Shown here: one piece after another, positions 20,493-29,452 of the stretch
How the letters are laid out: each line of letters opens with the position of its first letter
How positions within the stretch are numbered: the first letter of the stretch is position 1
NCBI GenBank assembly: GCA_016932615.1
Contig: JAFGCN010000009.1
Location: forward strand, 146,167 to 210,166
Direction of reading: 5' to 3'
From: Candidatus Aenigmatarchaeota archaeon
GTDB taxonomy: Archaea > Aenigmatarchaeota > Aenigmatarchaeia > QMZS01
Length of the DNA: 64,000 nt
The notes under the pieces: generated by a model
The model's database searches: none
Told to the model about the DNA's origin: nothing
Seen by the model: the letters and a program-made list of their open reading frames with translations, nothing else
Position numbers and translations under genes: made by a program

Positions 20493-23400
20493 CTATTTCC
20501 GGGATATCTTTTTTATCTCTTCATCCAGCGTTTTTCTGCGGTAAATTTTTTTGCAGGCGATTACAAGAGCGATGACAAGCAGCATCAGGAAAATTAACCA
20601 GGGCAACTCCATATTTTCCGAGCAGTTTATTTCGATTTTTTCCTCTGAGGCAAGTATTGTCTTAAAGCCGGACCTGTAGAATGCGTAAAGAGTGTAGTTT
20701 CCGGTTTCACACTTGAAGAGAGGTATCTTAAGCTCTGTTCGGGTTGGAATATTTTCAAGAGCCATAATATCTGCGTAGATGAGCCCTTTTGACTCGCCCG
20801 GGCCAACTAATTCAATCTCAAGGTAGCCGTGCGTATCCTGCGGGACAACTATCATGTTTCCGGAAATATCTTCCCTGCATTGGTAGCTTTTCCGGTCAAG
20901 ATTGATTATTATCTTTGGAGGCCTTTCCCAGGTGGTGAGGTTTACGGTTACGTTCTCGCCTGCTTTGATGAGTGGTATCTGGACGGTTATCTCCCCGTTT
21001 CTGAAGGTATAGTTATAGTTACAAGCTATCACATCATCGGCATAGCTGATAAAGGTCACATTTTCGTAATCAAGCTTTGCAAAGTTTTCGAGCGTGATAA
21101 GTGTGTTGAACTTTATGCTTCCGTTTGTTATGCTTATCATCTCTGAGTCTCTTTTCACTTCGAGCACCGGGGCAGTTACTGCCTCCACGAAGTAGGTCTG
21201 CGTTTCGTTTTTTCCAATTTCGACAAGGAAGTCTATGCGCCCTTTTTCGTAGAGGTGGGCGATTTCATGAGTGCTCTGGCCTTCCGAGAGCTTTATGTGA
21301 GAGCTAAGTATTTCCGGAAGCACTTTTGTGGAGTATCCCTGCTTTACGCTTCTCTCGTTTGGGTTTTTGACTTCAATTGACTTGAGCCACTTTACCGGAA
21401 CCCCCACCTGGACTCCAAACTTCTCCCAGGAACTTTCCTTTACTATCAGGTTTTTAAGTGTCCAGTGCTCGCGGCGCACGGTTGTTTGGACGTCTTCAAA
21501 GAAATAGCTGTCTTCGTAATAGTTGTAGCCATATGCCCGGGTTATGAGCGTGCTGGTTCCAAGAGGAAGTTCAGCAAAGTAGGTTATTGTGACCTTGTCG
21601 TCATGCTGCAGCGTGAATGTTTCTGTCGGAGGGGAAACAATTTCCGCAATGTACTCCCTGTAGCTTTGGTTTTCAATTCTTTTTATCCCTCCCTCACGTA
21701 GGCTTGCGTTCAGAAGGTAAAATATGTTGTTTCTTTCAAGGACAATCTTTATTTTTCTCGTGTCCAGCTCGGAATTTTCCGGGGAGTAAATGAAAAAGAC
21801 CGGGCTTCTTAGGCCTTTGCTTCCGGTGTCAACTACTTTGTACGTTACATTGTTGAAAAGAAGAGATTCAGTGATGAACAAGTCCTGGGCGTCGAGCCGC
21901 ATTATCTCTAGAATGGGTTTTAAGGGCATACCTGTCCCACCGCCTCCGCCTCCTGAAGAGGGCGGCTTTCCTGTACCGGGTACAAGGATTTCCCTAAGGA
22001 GTGTCTTTTTGACGGGAGTTCCGCTGAGCGTTTTTGCTGTGGCTTCTTCCGTGAAGAAGTATGTGGCTGTAGACTCCTGATTTCCTTTTGCAAGCGTATA
22101 CTGCAAATAGACTACTGAGTTAAGGTCCAGGGATAGGTTTTTGACAGTTATTTCGTAATTCCCGGAGTTGATGTTGACGCTTGAGATGTTTAGTTCTGTT
22201 ATGTTTGAGCCATCCCGTTTGAATGCAGCAAGGTCTGACAAATCCCACTCGCTGCTATAGGTCGTGTTGAAAATGGCTTCCCCGAGCTTTAGGTTTGCGT
22301 GTCCAATGTGCCGTATTTCGTCAGTTACACCCAACAAAACGCCGTCATCATTGTTCTGAATGAGGTTAATTCTTTTGTCGATAGCTATGTCCATCTGGTA
22401 GAGTGTTGGCATAGCCATGGCCTCTTCCACAATCCCCCGGTAAATCGAGCTGCCCCACATAACTTTCCAGTCAAAGAAGGCGGAGTAGTATATGTTTTTG
22501 CTTATGGACTCGTCGAATGCTCCTCCCGAAGGAACATCAGTGTAGTATTCGCTTGTGTACGCCGTGTCGCCAGGGACAAGGTTAGTGCTTGTCGCGCCTT
22601 CTGCTGCTGGGGTGTCCGAGCCGATCTCATAAAGGGACCAGCCGTCAACAATGTAGACTGTTCCGTATGCGATGTTTTTCATAAACCCCCTGACCGTCCA
22701 GTTCATTTTTGGCGTTATCTGCACGCCCTGCCTTATGTTTGCCCGGGAGTACCTGTTTGAAATGGTCGTTCCGCTAAAGGTCGTTCCCTGGGTATAATTT
22801 GTGCTGGTCTGGCTGGAGTCGGTATCCACGCTTAGAAGGTCTGCCTCGTAGTTATGCCCCCCGCTTATGTTTGCCACTATCGTGATGTTTGCGGACCGGT
22901 GCAGGTTTCCAAGCCACGCAGCTTTATCGTTGTAGCCGTCAAGGTCGCTGTCGGATATCTGCACGGCCCCGTTCGTGGCATTGGCTTCAAAAATGTGCAT
23001 GGAGTCCGCCTGAAAATAGGTGTTTCTTCTGGCCTGAAAGGTCAGGGACACGTCGTTCATCGGGTCAGTTGCGTTCAGCATTATGAAGAAGGTAACTGTG
23101 TTCTCTCCGGGGCCAAGGTCACTTCCCCCAAGGAAGTTAGAAATGTTCATTTGCAGGGAGATGTTTTTGCTTGAGTTGAACCAGTAGCTTGTCGTGGCGT
23201 TGCTTGCATTAGTGAATACATAAAGTTTCGTCCGGTCACCCGCTAGGGGAGAAGCTGCAACGGCTGCAAAAGAAGTAGTGTTCTGAAGATTTGTGCCGTT
23301 TGTCGAAGAAAGCGTTATGACAATGTTCTGCAGGACATCCCGGTTGTTTGCAAGCTCGACTTCAACACTTCCGATATTACTTTCCGAAATGGTTGTTCCG

Positions 23401-23522
23401 TCATAATTCACGCTTTTTGCCACTTTTTCTATCAAGTATGAGGTGGGGTTTGCGTAAACAGTGTTAAGGGCAAGCAGCCCGACAATAAGGATAAAAACGG
23501 CTCTTAAAGCGCCATTTGCCAT
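20493..23522 (-). CDS. Large surface glycoprotein with C-terminal TM; paralog of 5886..9194
   Basis: Signal peptide; SYLIEKV, VEVELANNRDVLQN, DSDLDGYND, RANIRQG and VQVGVPVKWLKSIEV each match the 1102-aa protein; TM LPWLIFLMLLVIALVIACKK. Confidence 0.85.
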   Translation of the reverse strand: MANGALRAVFILIVGLLALNTVYANPTSYLIEKVAKSVNYDGTTISESNIGSVEVELANNRDVLQNIVITLSSTNGTNLQNTTSFAAVAASPLAGDRTKLYVFTNASNATTSYWFNSSKNISLQMNISNFLGGSDLGPGENTVTFFIMLNATDPMNDVSLTFQARRNTYFQADSMHIFEANATNGAVQISDSDLDGYNDKAAWLGNLHRSANITIVANISGGHNYEADLLSVDTDSSQTSTNYTQGTTFSGTTISNRYSRANIRQGVQITPKMNWTVRGFMKNIAYGTVYIVDGWSLYEIGSDTPAAEGATSTNLVPGDTAYTSEYYTDVPSGGAFDESISKNIYYSAFFDWKVMWGSSIYRGIVEEAMAMPTLYQMDIAIDKRINLIQNNDDGVLLGVTDEIRHIGHANLKLGEAIFNTTYSSEWDLSDLAAFKRDGSNITELNISSVNINSGNYEITVKNLSLDLNSVVYLQYTLAKGNQESTATYFFTEEATAKTLSGTPVKKTLLREILVPGTGKPPSSGGGGGGTGMPLKPILEIMRLDAQDLFITESLLFNNVTYKVVDTGSKGLRSPVFFIYSPENSELDTRKIKIVLERNNIFYLLNASLREGGIKRIENQSYREYIAEIVSPPTETFTLQHDDKVTITYFAELPLGTSTLITRAYGYNYYEDSYFFEDVQTTVRREHWTLKNLIVKESSWEKFGVQVGVPVKWLKSIEVKNPNERSVKQGYSTKVLPEILSSHIKLSEGQSTHEIAHLYEKGRIDFLVEIGKNETQTYFVEAVTAPVLEVKRDSEMISITNGSIKFNTLITLENFAKLDYENVTFISYADDVIACNYNYTFRNGEITVQIPLIKAGENVTVNLTTWERPPKIIINLDRKSYQCREDISGNMIVVPQDTHGYLEIELVGPGESKGLIYADIMALENIPTRTELKIPLFKCETGNYTLYAFYRSGFKTILASEEKIEINCSENMELPWLIFLMLLVIALVIACKKIYRRKTLDEEIKKISRK

Positions 23523-23600
23523 AATACATTTAAGTTTTTGATTAATCTATATCCGCGCATATATGCTCTCTAAGCGGTTATGTACTTTGTAAGGTTATTT

Positions 23601-24677
23601 ATGGGCTCTATGAAGGGCGGCATGCTTGAATGGGTGATTGGCCCTCCTCTTCTGGTGTTTATAGGCATATTTATCCTCTCGATGATAGGCGCGGCGTATG
23701 TACGCACTCTGGCGGCGGGACCTCCAATAGAAGTACAGACTTATGCAGAGTACAGGTGGATGAATATTTTACCCTCTTCTGCCCTTTCCGTGCTTACCGC
23801 TAATGAGTATTCCCAGGAGGCGCTTGAGGCGCTTGCTCTTTGCAAGGAGGTAACCACGCCGCTGATACTTCCCAGAGCGCGATTTATCGAATATTTTTCG
23901 GGAAATGATGAAATAAACGCCGCTTCTTTGGGGGCGCTGGACAGGCAGCTTCAGGTTTTGGAGAGCTCTTATAACCGCGGCTCTGAGGTTAAGCGGGAAT
24001 TCAAAATGATAAAGGATTCTCAGGGGCTTGTTTTGGTTTATGGCCTTGACCGGATGCTTTCTGACGCTGAATCGGGATATGGGTCGCTTGTGACAGTTTA
24101 TCCGGAGGACTACCCCTACAAGTGCTCTCAGATGGGCCTTCCGGTTTTCTCGAACGAGGAGGAAAACGCAAGGGTTTCCGTGGTTGTCTGCTGCCTGGAT
24201 ATAAGGGGCTGCTCAGATTATTTTGCAACTCCCGGAAGGGACGAGTGCAGCCCAAAAGACCCCTGCGGCGTTGGCCCCTGCAGAATCATCCAGCCGGTTG
24301 GAGAGGAGAGAGCGTGCGTCTTCAATGCCCCGCCCAAGGTGACCTTTGCCATGCGGATTTTGGGAGATACCGCATGGAGGGAAGGGGAGAAATTTTCGCT
24401 TGAGTTTGCAAAAGGCACGGAGAAAACAGTTGAGTTTCAGGCAACAGCGCTTGAAGACTCATCCGTGAAATTTATCACTCTTGATTATGGGGATAGTGTT
24501 CCGGAATCCAGGACAGGAAACACTCCTCCGGCTGCAGGAACTCCCATAAGCCCGGAAACTTATAGCTTTTCGCACACCTACCAGAACCCCGGCACTTACA
24601 CGGCAAAACTCAGGATTGAGGATGACGGCGGGAATGTAGTGGTTCGCGATATGGAGCTTGAGATTGATTCAATATGA
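23601..24677 (+). CDS. Pilin-like (class III signal) secreted protein with C-terminal PKD domain
   Basis: MKG/GMLEWVIGPPLLVFIG N-terminus; PKD motif DYGD...SHTYQNPGTYTAKL; start (23580, 23601 or 23610) uncertain. Confidence 0.6.
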   Translation: MGSMKGGMLEWVIGPPLLVFIGIFILSMIGAAYVRTLAAGPPIEVQTYAEYRWMNILPSSALSVLTANEYSQEALEALALCKEVTTPLILPRARFIEYFSGNDEINAASLGALDRQLQVLESSYNRGSEVKREFKMIKDSQGLVLVYGLDRMLSDAESGYGSLVTVYPEDYPYKCSQMGLPVFSNEEENARVSVVVCCLDIRGCSDYFATPGRDECSPKDPCGVGPCRIIQPVGEERACVFNAPPKVTFAMRILGDTAWREGEKFSLEFAKGTEKTVEFQATALEDSSVKFITLDYGDSVPESRTGNTPPAAGTPISPETYSFSHTYQNPGTYTAKLRIEDDGGNVVVRDMELEIDSI

Positions 24678-24760
24678 GGGAGAGTGCTGTTTTTGGAAAA
24701 TCTGGGGCCAGTTGGGCGGACAGAACCGGGAGTGGGTGGTTTTCTGGAAAGGGATGCCGC

Positions 24761-26416
24761 ATGAAAGGGGTTGCGGTTTCAGCCCAGCTTATGCTTATCC
24801 TGACGCTGGTCTTCCTGGGAACCATGATTCTTCTTGGAACCAGCACCAGCTCTACTCCAGTTTACTACAAAAATCTTGCAGAGAGCAAGTTTGCTGACCT
24901 TCTCATGAAGTATGAGCTCATAAAATCAAACATCAGGGATTCCCTTGAGGGAGAGTCGAGCCGGATGTTTTCTGCAATGGGCGATTATCCAATAGAGTGG
25001 TCCACAGTTGAAAGCGCTGCGCCTAGTGATGACGAGTGGTCCATCCTCTATAAGGAGAAGCTTTCAAGTGCCGCTCAGGGCTACCTTAACTCAGCGTCAA
25101 ACTCGGACTTCGAGTGGATAGAAATTTCGGAGAAGGAAAGCACAGTTACCTATGACTCTTCTGGCCCCAAGGTCGAATGGCACTATAAGTACAACATTAA
25201 TATTCAGAACGTGATTCCGGATGAGGATATAGCCAACAAGATAAACTCCGAGGAGGAGGTTTCAATAACCTATGATGATTTTCTGAATCTTGATGGCGCG
25301 TGGCACTGCGCAAAGGATTACTTTGCCAAATCTGCCTCCAGCGAAGGGGCTTTTTACTTTACTGAAATGTCCGACTACTTTTTAAACCAGGGCCTCGGGC
25401 AAAAGCTTAACCAGATAAAGCCGGATTCCTGCAGCGGCTTTAAGACCACCATGTCTGTTTTTAATGGAATTTCCTGCCCCGGTGGAACCTGCAGGCAGAG
25501 CCAAATGAAGCCCGTAGGGATAATCCTTCTAATAGAGCCATCCGGAAGCGGCAGGGGCGCTGTTTCGTTTATTCACAGGTATTCCAATTTCGCGGCGGGA
25601 AGCCCAAGCGCTTCCGGCGCTACAGGGCAGCCGTGCTCTCTTGGCTCCGAGTGCGGTACCCTGGACTGCGTGGGAGAGGTTTGCGGCAAGTGTCTGGAGG
25701 CATTTGAAAATTCGCTTTGCTCTCCTTCGGGCACTGGCCACCCCCCGGCAACTCACCGTTGCTACCGTGTTCTTTCCGGCTCGGGCAGCTATGAATACCG
25801 CTGCCTTCAGAACAAAGCATCCATTGGGCTTACGGACGGAACAAGGTGGTTTTTGAGCGGGCAGTCAATAAAGGTGAACTGCGCCCTGGAGGACGGGAGG
25901 TTTGAGGTCGGCGTCAGCGGCGCAACGTCAGACACAATTTCCGTTTCAAAAGTTTTGTTCAATGGAGTTGAGGTTAGCAGCGGAACGCAGAAAATAGAGC
26001 TTTGCGACACGGACGAAGTGCCTCCCGTGAACGGCCGGATTGAGGTTTACCTGGAGGAGGGAGGAGATGCCTACCGCGCTTTTGAGACGGGCGTGAGGTT
26101 TGCATTAAGTGAATGCGAAGATGAGGTTTCAAGCAAGCTTGGGGAGTATGTGTACAGCTTTGGCGAATCGGACTATGAAGAACTTCGCCGTGGAATAGAA
26201 ACGGCGGTGCGGGATGTTGCAAGGGGGGCTTCCTGCGAGGGATACAGGGTTTATGTGTCTGAAGTTATGTTTTCCTGCGGCTCTGATATAAGCGCCTGCT
26301 CCGGGACCACCACCTGGGACAGGGAGAAATATTCTCCTGTTACTGTGGAGTTTGAGGATGAAAGCACAGGCAATGTGGCGTTTCGGTCAACTTATATTAT
26401 CTCATATTCACCTTAG
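24761..26416 (+). CDS. Pilin-like (class III signal) Cys-rich secreted protein
   Basis: MKG/VAVSAQLMLILTLVFLG at 24761 (ORF is open from 24674); Cys-rich segment CSLGSECGTLDCVGEVCGKC. Confidence 0.6.
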   Translation: MKGVAVSAQLMLILTLVFLGTMILLGTSTSSTPVYYKNLAESKFADLLMKYELIKSNIRDSLEGESSRMFSAMGDYPIEWSTVESAAPSDDEWSILYKEKLSSAAQGYLNSASNSDFEWIEISEKESTVTYDSSGPKVEWHYKYNINIQNVIPDEDIANKINSEEEVSITYDDFLNLDGAWHCAKDYFAKSASSEGAFYFTEMSDYFLNQGLGQKLNQIKPDSCSGFKTTMSVFNGISCPGGTCRQSQMKPVGIILLIEPSGSGRGAVSFIHRYSNFAAGSPSASGATGQPCSLGSECGTLDCVGEVCGKCLEAFENSLCSPSGTGHPPATHRCYRVLSGSGSYEYRCLQNKASIGLTDGTRWFLSGQSIKVNCALEDGRFEVGVSGATSDTISVSKVLFNGVEVSSGTQKIELCDTDEVPPVNGRIEVYLEEGGDAYRAFETGVRFALSECEDEVSSKLGEYVYSFGESDYEELRRGIETAVRDVARGASCEGYRVYVSEVMFSCGSDISACSGTTTWDREKYSPVTVEFEDESTGNVAFRSTYIISYSP

Positions 26417-26419
26417 ATT

Positions 26420-26575
26420 ATGGAAATGTCTGCAAAGCTTGTGGTCGAAATCGTGCTTTTCCTGATTGTGATTTCAGTAGTCCTGTATGTTTTCATAGAT
26501 AAGATGATTCTTGGGGGCACGAACTCCATATTCGGCATTGGCGCGGACTGGCTCAAAAAGGTTTTTAACGTTTAG
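26420..26575 (+). CDS. 51-aa Flp/pilin-like small membrane protein (below ORF-track cutoff)
   Basis: ATG 3 nt after the upstream stop; MEMSAKLVVEIVLFLIVISVVLYVFIDKMILGGTNSIFGIGADWLKKVFNV*. Confidence 0.6.
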   Translation: MEMSAKLVVEIVLFLIVISVVLYVFIDKMILGGTNSIFGIGADWLKKVFNV

Positions 26576-26638
26576 CTTGCTTAGTGAAATTTATAAGAAG
26601 GGCTGTTGGATGTTGGCTGCAGGTGCCTCTACAAGCAA

Positions 26639-28921
26639 CTATTCAAAGGGGTTTTCAGTAAGGGGATTTACGCCATGCCCTTCAGTTTTTATATACTCCT
26701 TGAACCAGGCAAGCCACCTTTGGTAAATCTCCTTTGTGTCAAGCGTTCCGGTCTCTTTCTTTACATTCTCGCTCATGATGTGAAACATGTTGTTGGAGAG
26801 CACTACCGTGTTTGCCTCCATAAGCTCCGGGTTGTTTGTCTGGATTGCCATATCGGCAACGGTTTTCATCACGTTTGCCCTCAAGGTAATGTTTCCCCAG
26901 ACAGAATCCCACTCGTTTCTCCACTCCTTTACGTTTCGGGCGATTGAGTTTATAAGCTCGCTTTCGCCTGCAAGAAGGGTCGGCGTCGGCTCAAGCTCGT
27001 CGGTCTTTGCATTGTACTCCATCAGGTTTATGAACCCTTTTTCCTTTGCGGGGTCGGACTGCCAGTGCTTTCGGACCTCGGTTATCTCGACAGTCCTCCT
27101 GAATGACCTCATCCCGTCAGCGGATTTCAGCGAGTTGTTGATTACCACCAGGTCAGTTGCCTTAAATGAAGTGGGCGGGACTTTTAGGTCGTTAACGACC
27201 CTGTCGAAGAGCCCGAATGCGCTGTCGCCGTGGATGGTTCCTGCAACGACGTTAGCCATAGCGCCGATACGCATTGCCTCGTAAAGGGCCAGGGCCTCCT
27301 TGCTTCTTACCTCACCGATAATAAGGCAGGAGTCTCCAAGACGAAGCGATACTCGAAGGGCTTCTTCTGCAGGGAGCTCTGTTTCAACCATAGTAATTAC
27401 TGACCTTGATTTGAGCCGGGTGACATTGTAGCCAAGCTCCCTGAATTTGGTGAGGGGAAGCTCAAGCGTGTCCTCGACAGAGATTATCCTTTTGTTTTTC
27501 ATTATCTGCGTGATGATAGCCGCCAAAAGAGAGGTTTTTCCGGCGCTTCTGGTTCCACCAACAAGTAGAGTCCTTCCGCCGTCGACAATAAACCATAATA
27601 GGCCTGCGGCAAGGGGAGTCATCATCTTCTGCGTAAGGAAAAGCGGCATTGTCCAGGGCCTTTCACGGTGCCGCCTTAGCGCAAAGCCAAGGCCCCCCGG
27701 GGATAGCGACTGCATTATCGCGCAAATCCTTGCCCGGCCGCCGGGGATGGAAAGCTCAGTGTCGAGAACAGGGTTTGCCTCATCAAGCGGCCGGCCGGAG
27801 GAAAGGCGAAGGCGGGTGGCGAGAAGCTCTGCGTCTTCGGGAGTGAGAACGATGTTTGTCCTGCATTCGCCGAACTTTCCGTGCAGAAGGTAGATTGGAG
27901 AAGTGCCTGGCGGGGCGTTTACGTAAACATCCTGCACGTTGTCGTCAGAAAGTATAAGCTCCAGTATCCCGATTCCTGCAGTGTACCTGACAAGAACCCT
28001 TGCAATAATCTTGAGGCGGTCATCTTCCAAAGTCATGTTGTCCTGTGACGCGATTTCCCTGAGCATGTCAAGCCCGATGTTGTAGAAGCTTTGCCTTACC
28101 TCTTCGGAAGCAAGCTCTTCACGCTCCATTGGGCGGTGGTTTGCCATGTACCTCCTTGCCTTGTCGAGAAGATTGTATTCGTCCTCCTCAAGCCGGAATT
28201 CTATTGGCACGAGCTGGTAAAGGCACCTCACTTCCCGGGGTATTCTATATATCTCGACTTTTGCGTCAGTTACCTTGTAGCTGTCAATAAGCTCCGACTG
28301 GTCGGGAGGCGTTGCCATGTATTTCGTGTAGGTGAACCTCGGCCTTACTGAAGGTATGAATAGCTGCCGGTAGATAGTCCTCTCGCCTACCTTGTAGCCA
28401 GGAAGAAGGTCCTGGGCTTTTCTTATGAGCTTTGTCTCCTCGAGGAGGTCTCTTAGAGGAATGAGCGCATTATTAAGGTAGTGGGCATAGCAATCTTTGC
28501 ATATTCCTTTTGTCCTTTCAGAGAGGACTTTCAGATGGCGTATTTTTCGTATTAGCTTTACATAAGCGCCTACCGGGTCGGACTTCAGCTTTATCAGCAC
28601 GAGGTTTCGGAGAAAATCCAGCCGCTCGGAAACGCACCTGTCGCACTTGGTTGTCACAAGGTTTCCATAAGAAGTAGTCTTGAGGTCGCGGGTCGACCTT
28701 TCGATTGCCCTTGCGATTTCGACAAGCATCTGGGTCTGCTCAAAGTCGTACTCGTATTCCCTGTCCTTTACAAGTATGATTGCATTTGCATCCTTTACTG
28801 CCATTAGGTGGTTTATTACGGCGGACATGCATTGGGGGAAGTCCTCTATGGAAGAGCTGTAGATGCACTTCATGCAGTCGATTTTAAGAATATTGTTTTT
28901 GAAAGTGTACTCGCAGGGCAT
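26639..28921 (-). CDS. Type II/IV secretion / type IV pilus assembly ATPase (VirB11/TadA/CpaF family)
   Basis: Walker A GGTRSAGKTS, Asp box SVEDTLEL, Walker B LIIGEVRS, His box GTIHG; Cys-containing N-terminal extension. Confidence 0.92.
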   Translation of the reverse strand: MPCEYTFKNNILKIDCMKCIYSSSIEDFPQCMSAVINHLMAVKDANAIILVKDREYEYDFEQTQMLVEIARAIERSTRDLKTTSYGNLVTTKCDRCVSERLDFLRNLVLIKLKSDPVGAYVKLIRKIRHLKVLSERTKGICKDCYAHYLNNALIPLRDLLEETKLIRKAQDLLPGYKVGERTIYRQLFIPSVRPRFTYTKYMATPPDQSELIDSYKVTDAKVEIYRIPREVRCLYQLVPIEFRLEEDEYNLLDKARRYMANHRPMEREELASEEVRQSFYNIGLDMLREIASQDNMTLEDDRLKIIARVLVRYTAGIGILELILSDDNVQDVYVNAPPGTSPIYLLHGKFGECRTNIVLTPEDAELLATRLRLSSGRPLDEANPVLDTELSIPGGRARICAIMQSLSPGGLGFALRRHRERPWTMPLFLTQKMMTPLAAGLLWFIVDGGRTLLVGGTRSAGKTSLLAAIITQIMKNKRIISVEDTLELPLTKFRELGYNVTRLKSRSVITMVETELPAEEALRVSLRLGDSCLIIGEVRSKEALALYEAMRIGAMANVVAGTIHGDSAFGLFDRVVNDLKVPPTSFKATDLVVINNSLKSADGMRSFRRTVEITEVRKHWQSDPAKEKGFINLMEYNAKTDELEPTPTLLAGESELINSIARNVKEWRNEWDSVWGNITLRANVMKTVADMAIQTNNPELMEANTVVLSNNMFHIMSENVKKETGTLDTKEIYQRWLAWFKEYIKTEGHGVNPLTENPFE

Positions 28922-29047
28922 AACTAGATAGATATAATTTATGATTTAGTGAACTTTATGCCTCTGCCCCACTTCAGGGGTTTTCCCGAAGGGCACACTT
29001 GTTTTGCATCTGGATAATGGATAATATATAAATGGCTAAAACATATT

Positions 29048-29452
29048 ATGGGTGATAATGCTCAGGATGCTTTAGTTCTTCAAGAGCTTGTCCGGCGGGC
29101 CAACAGCCACACTCAGCGGCTCAGGACTCTTGACGAGCAATTCAGGACATTCAACACGAAATTCGAGACAATCGACCAGCAAAAGCTAAAGACAGAGTCT
29201 CTTGTTTCGGAGAGGTTTTCAAAGGTGGAAAAGCAACTTTCAGAAATCGAGCAAACGCTTGCCGAGTTAAAAAATGACCTCCTTAAAGTCCACGAAAAGG
29301 AAAAGCTGTTCGCAAAGAAAACTGAAGTAGAGGAGCTTTCTGAGCTGATAAATCTTTTGTCCCCGATTAAGCACGAGTTCGTGACATGGAATGAATTCAA
29401 TCGGGAGATGAAAAAACTTAAAGCTGACGATGCACTTACCGTTCGGTCATAA
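29048..29452 (+). CDS. Coiled-coil protein, divergent from the ATPase
   Basis: Heptad pattern; TATA-like TATATAAA about 25 nt upstream. Confidence 0.7.
   Translation: MGDNAQDALVLQELVRRANSHTQRLRTLDEQFRTFNTKFETIDQQKLKTESLVSERFSKVEKQLSEIEQTLAELKNDLLKVHEKEKLFAKKTEVEELSELINLLSPIKHEFVTWNEFNREMKKLKADDALTVRS

Noticed and set aside
1-23522. Diversity-generating retroelement acting on the surface proteins
   Set aside because: No reverse transcriptase and no near-identical template/variable repeat pair noticed
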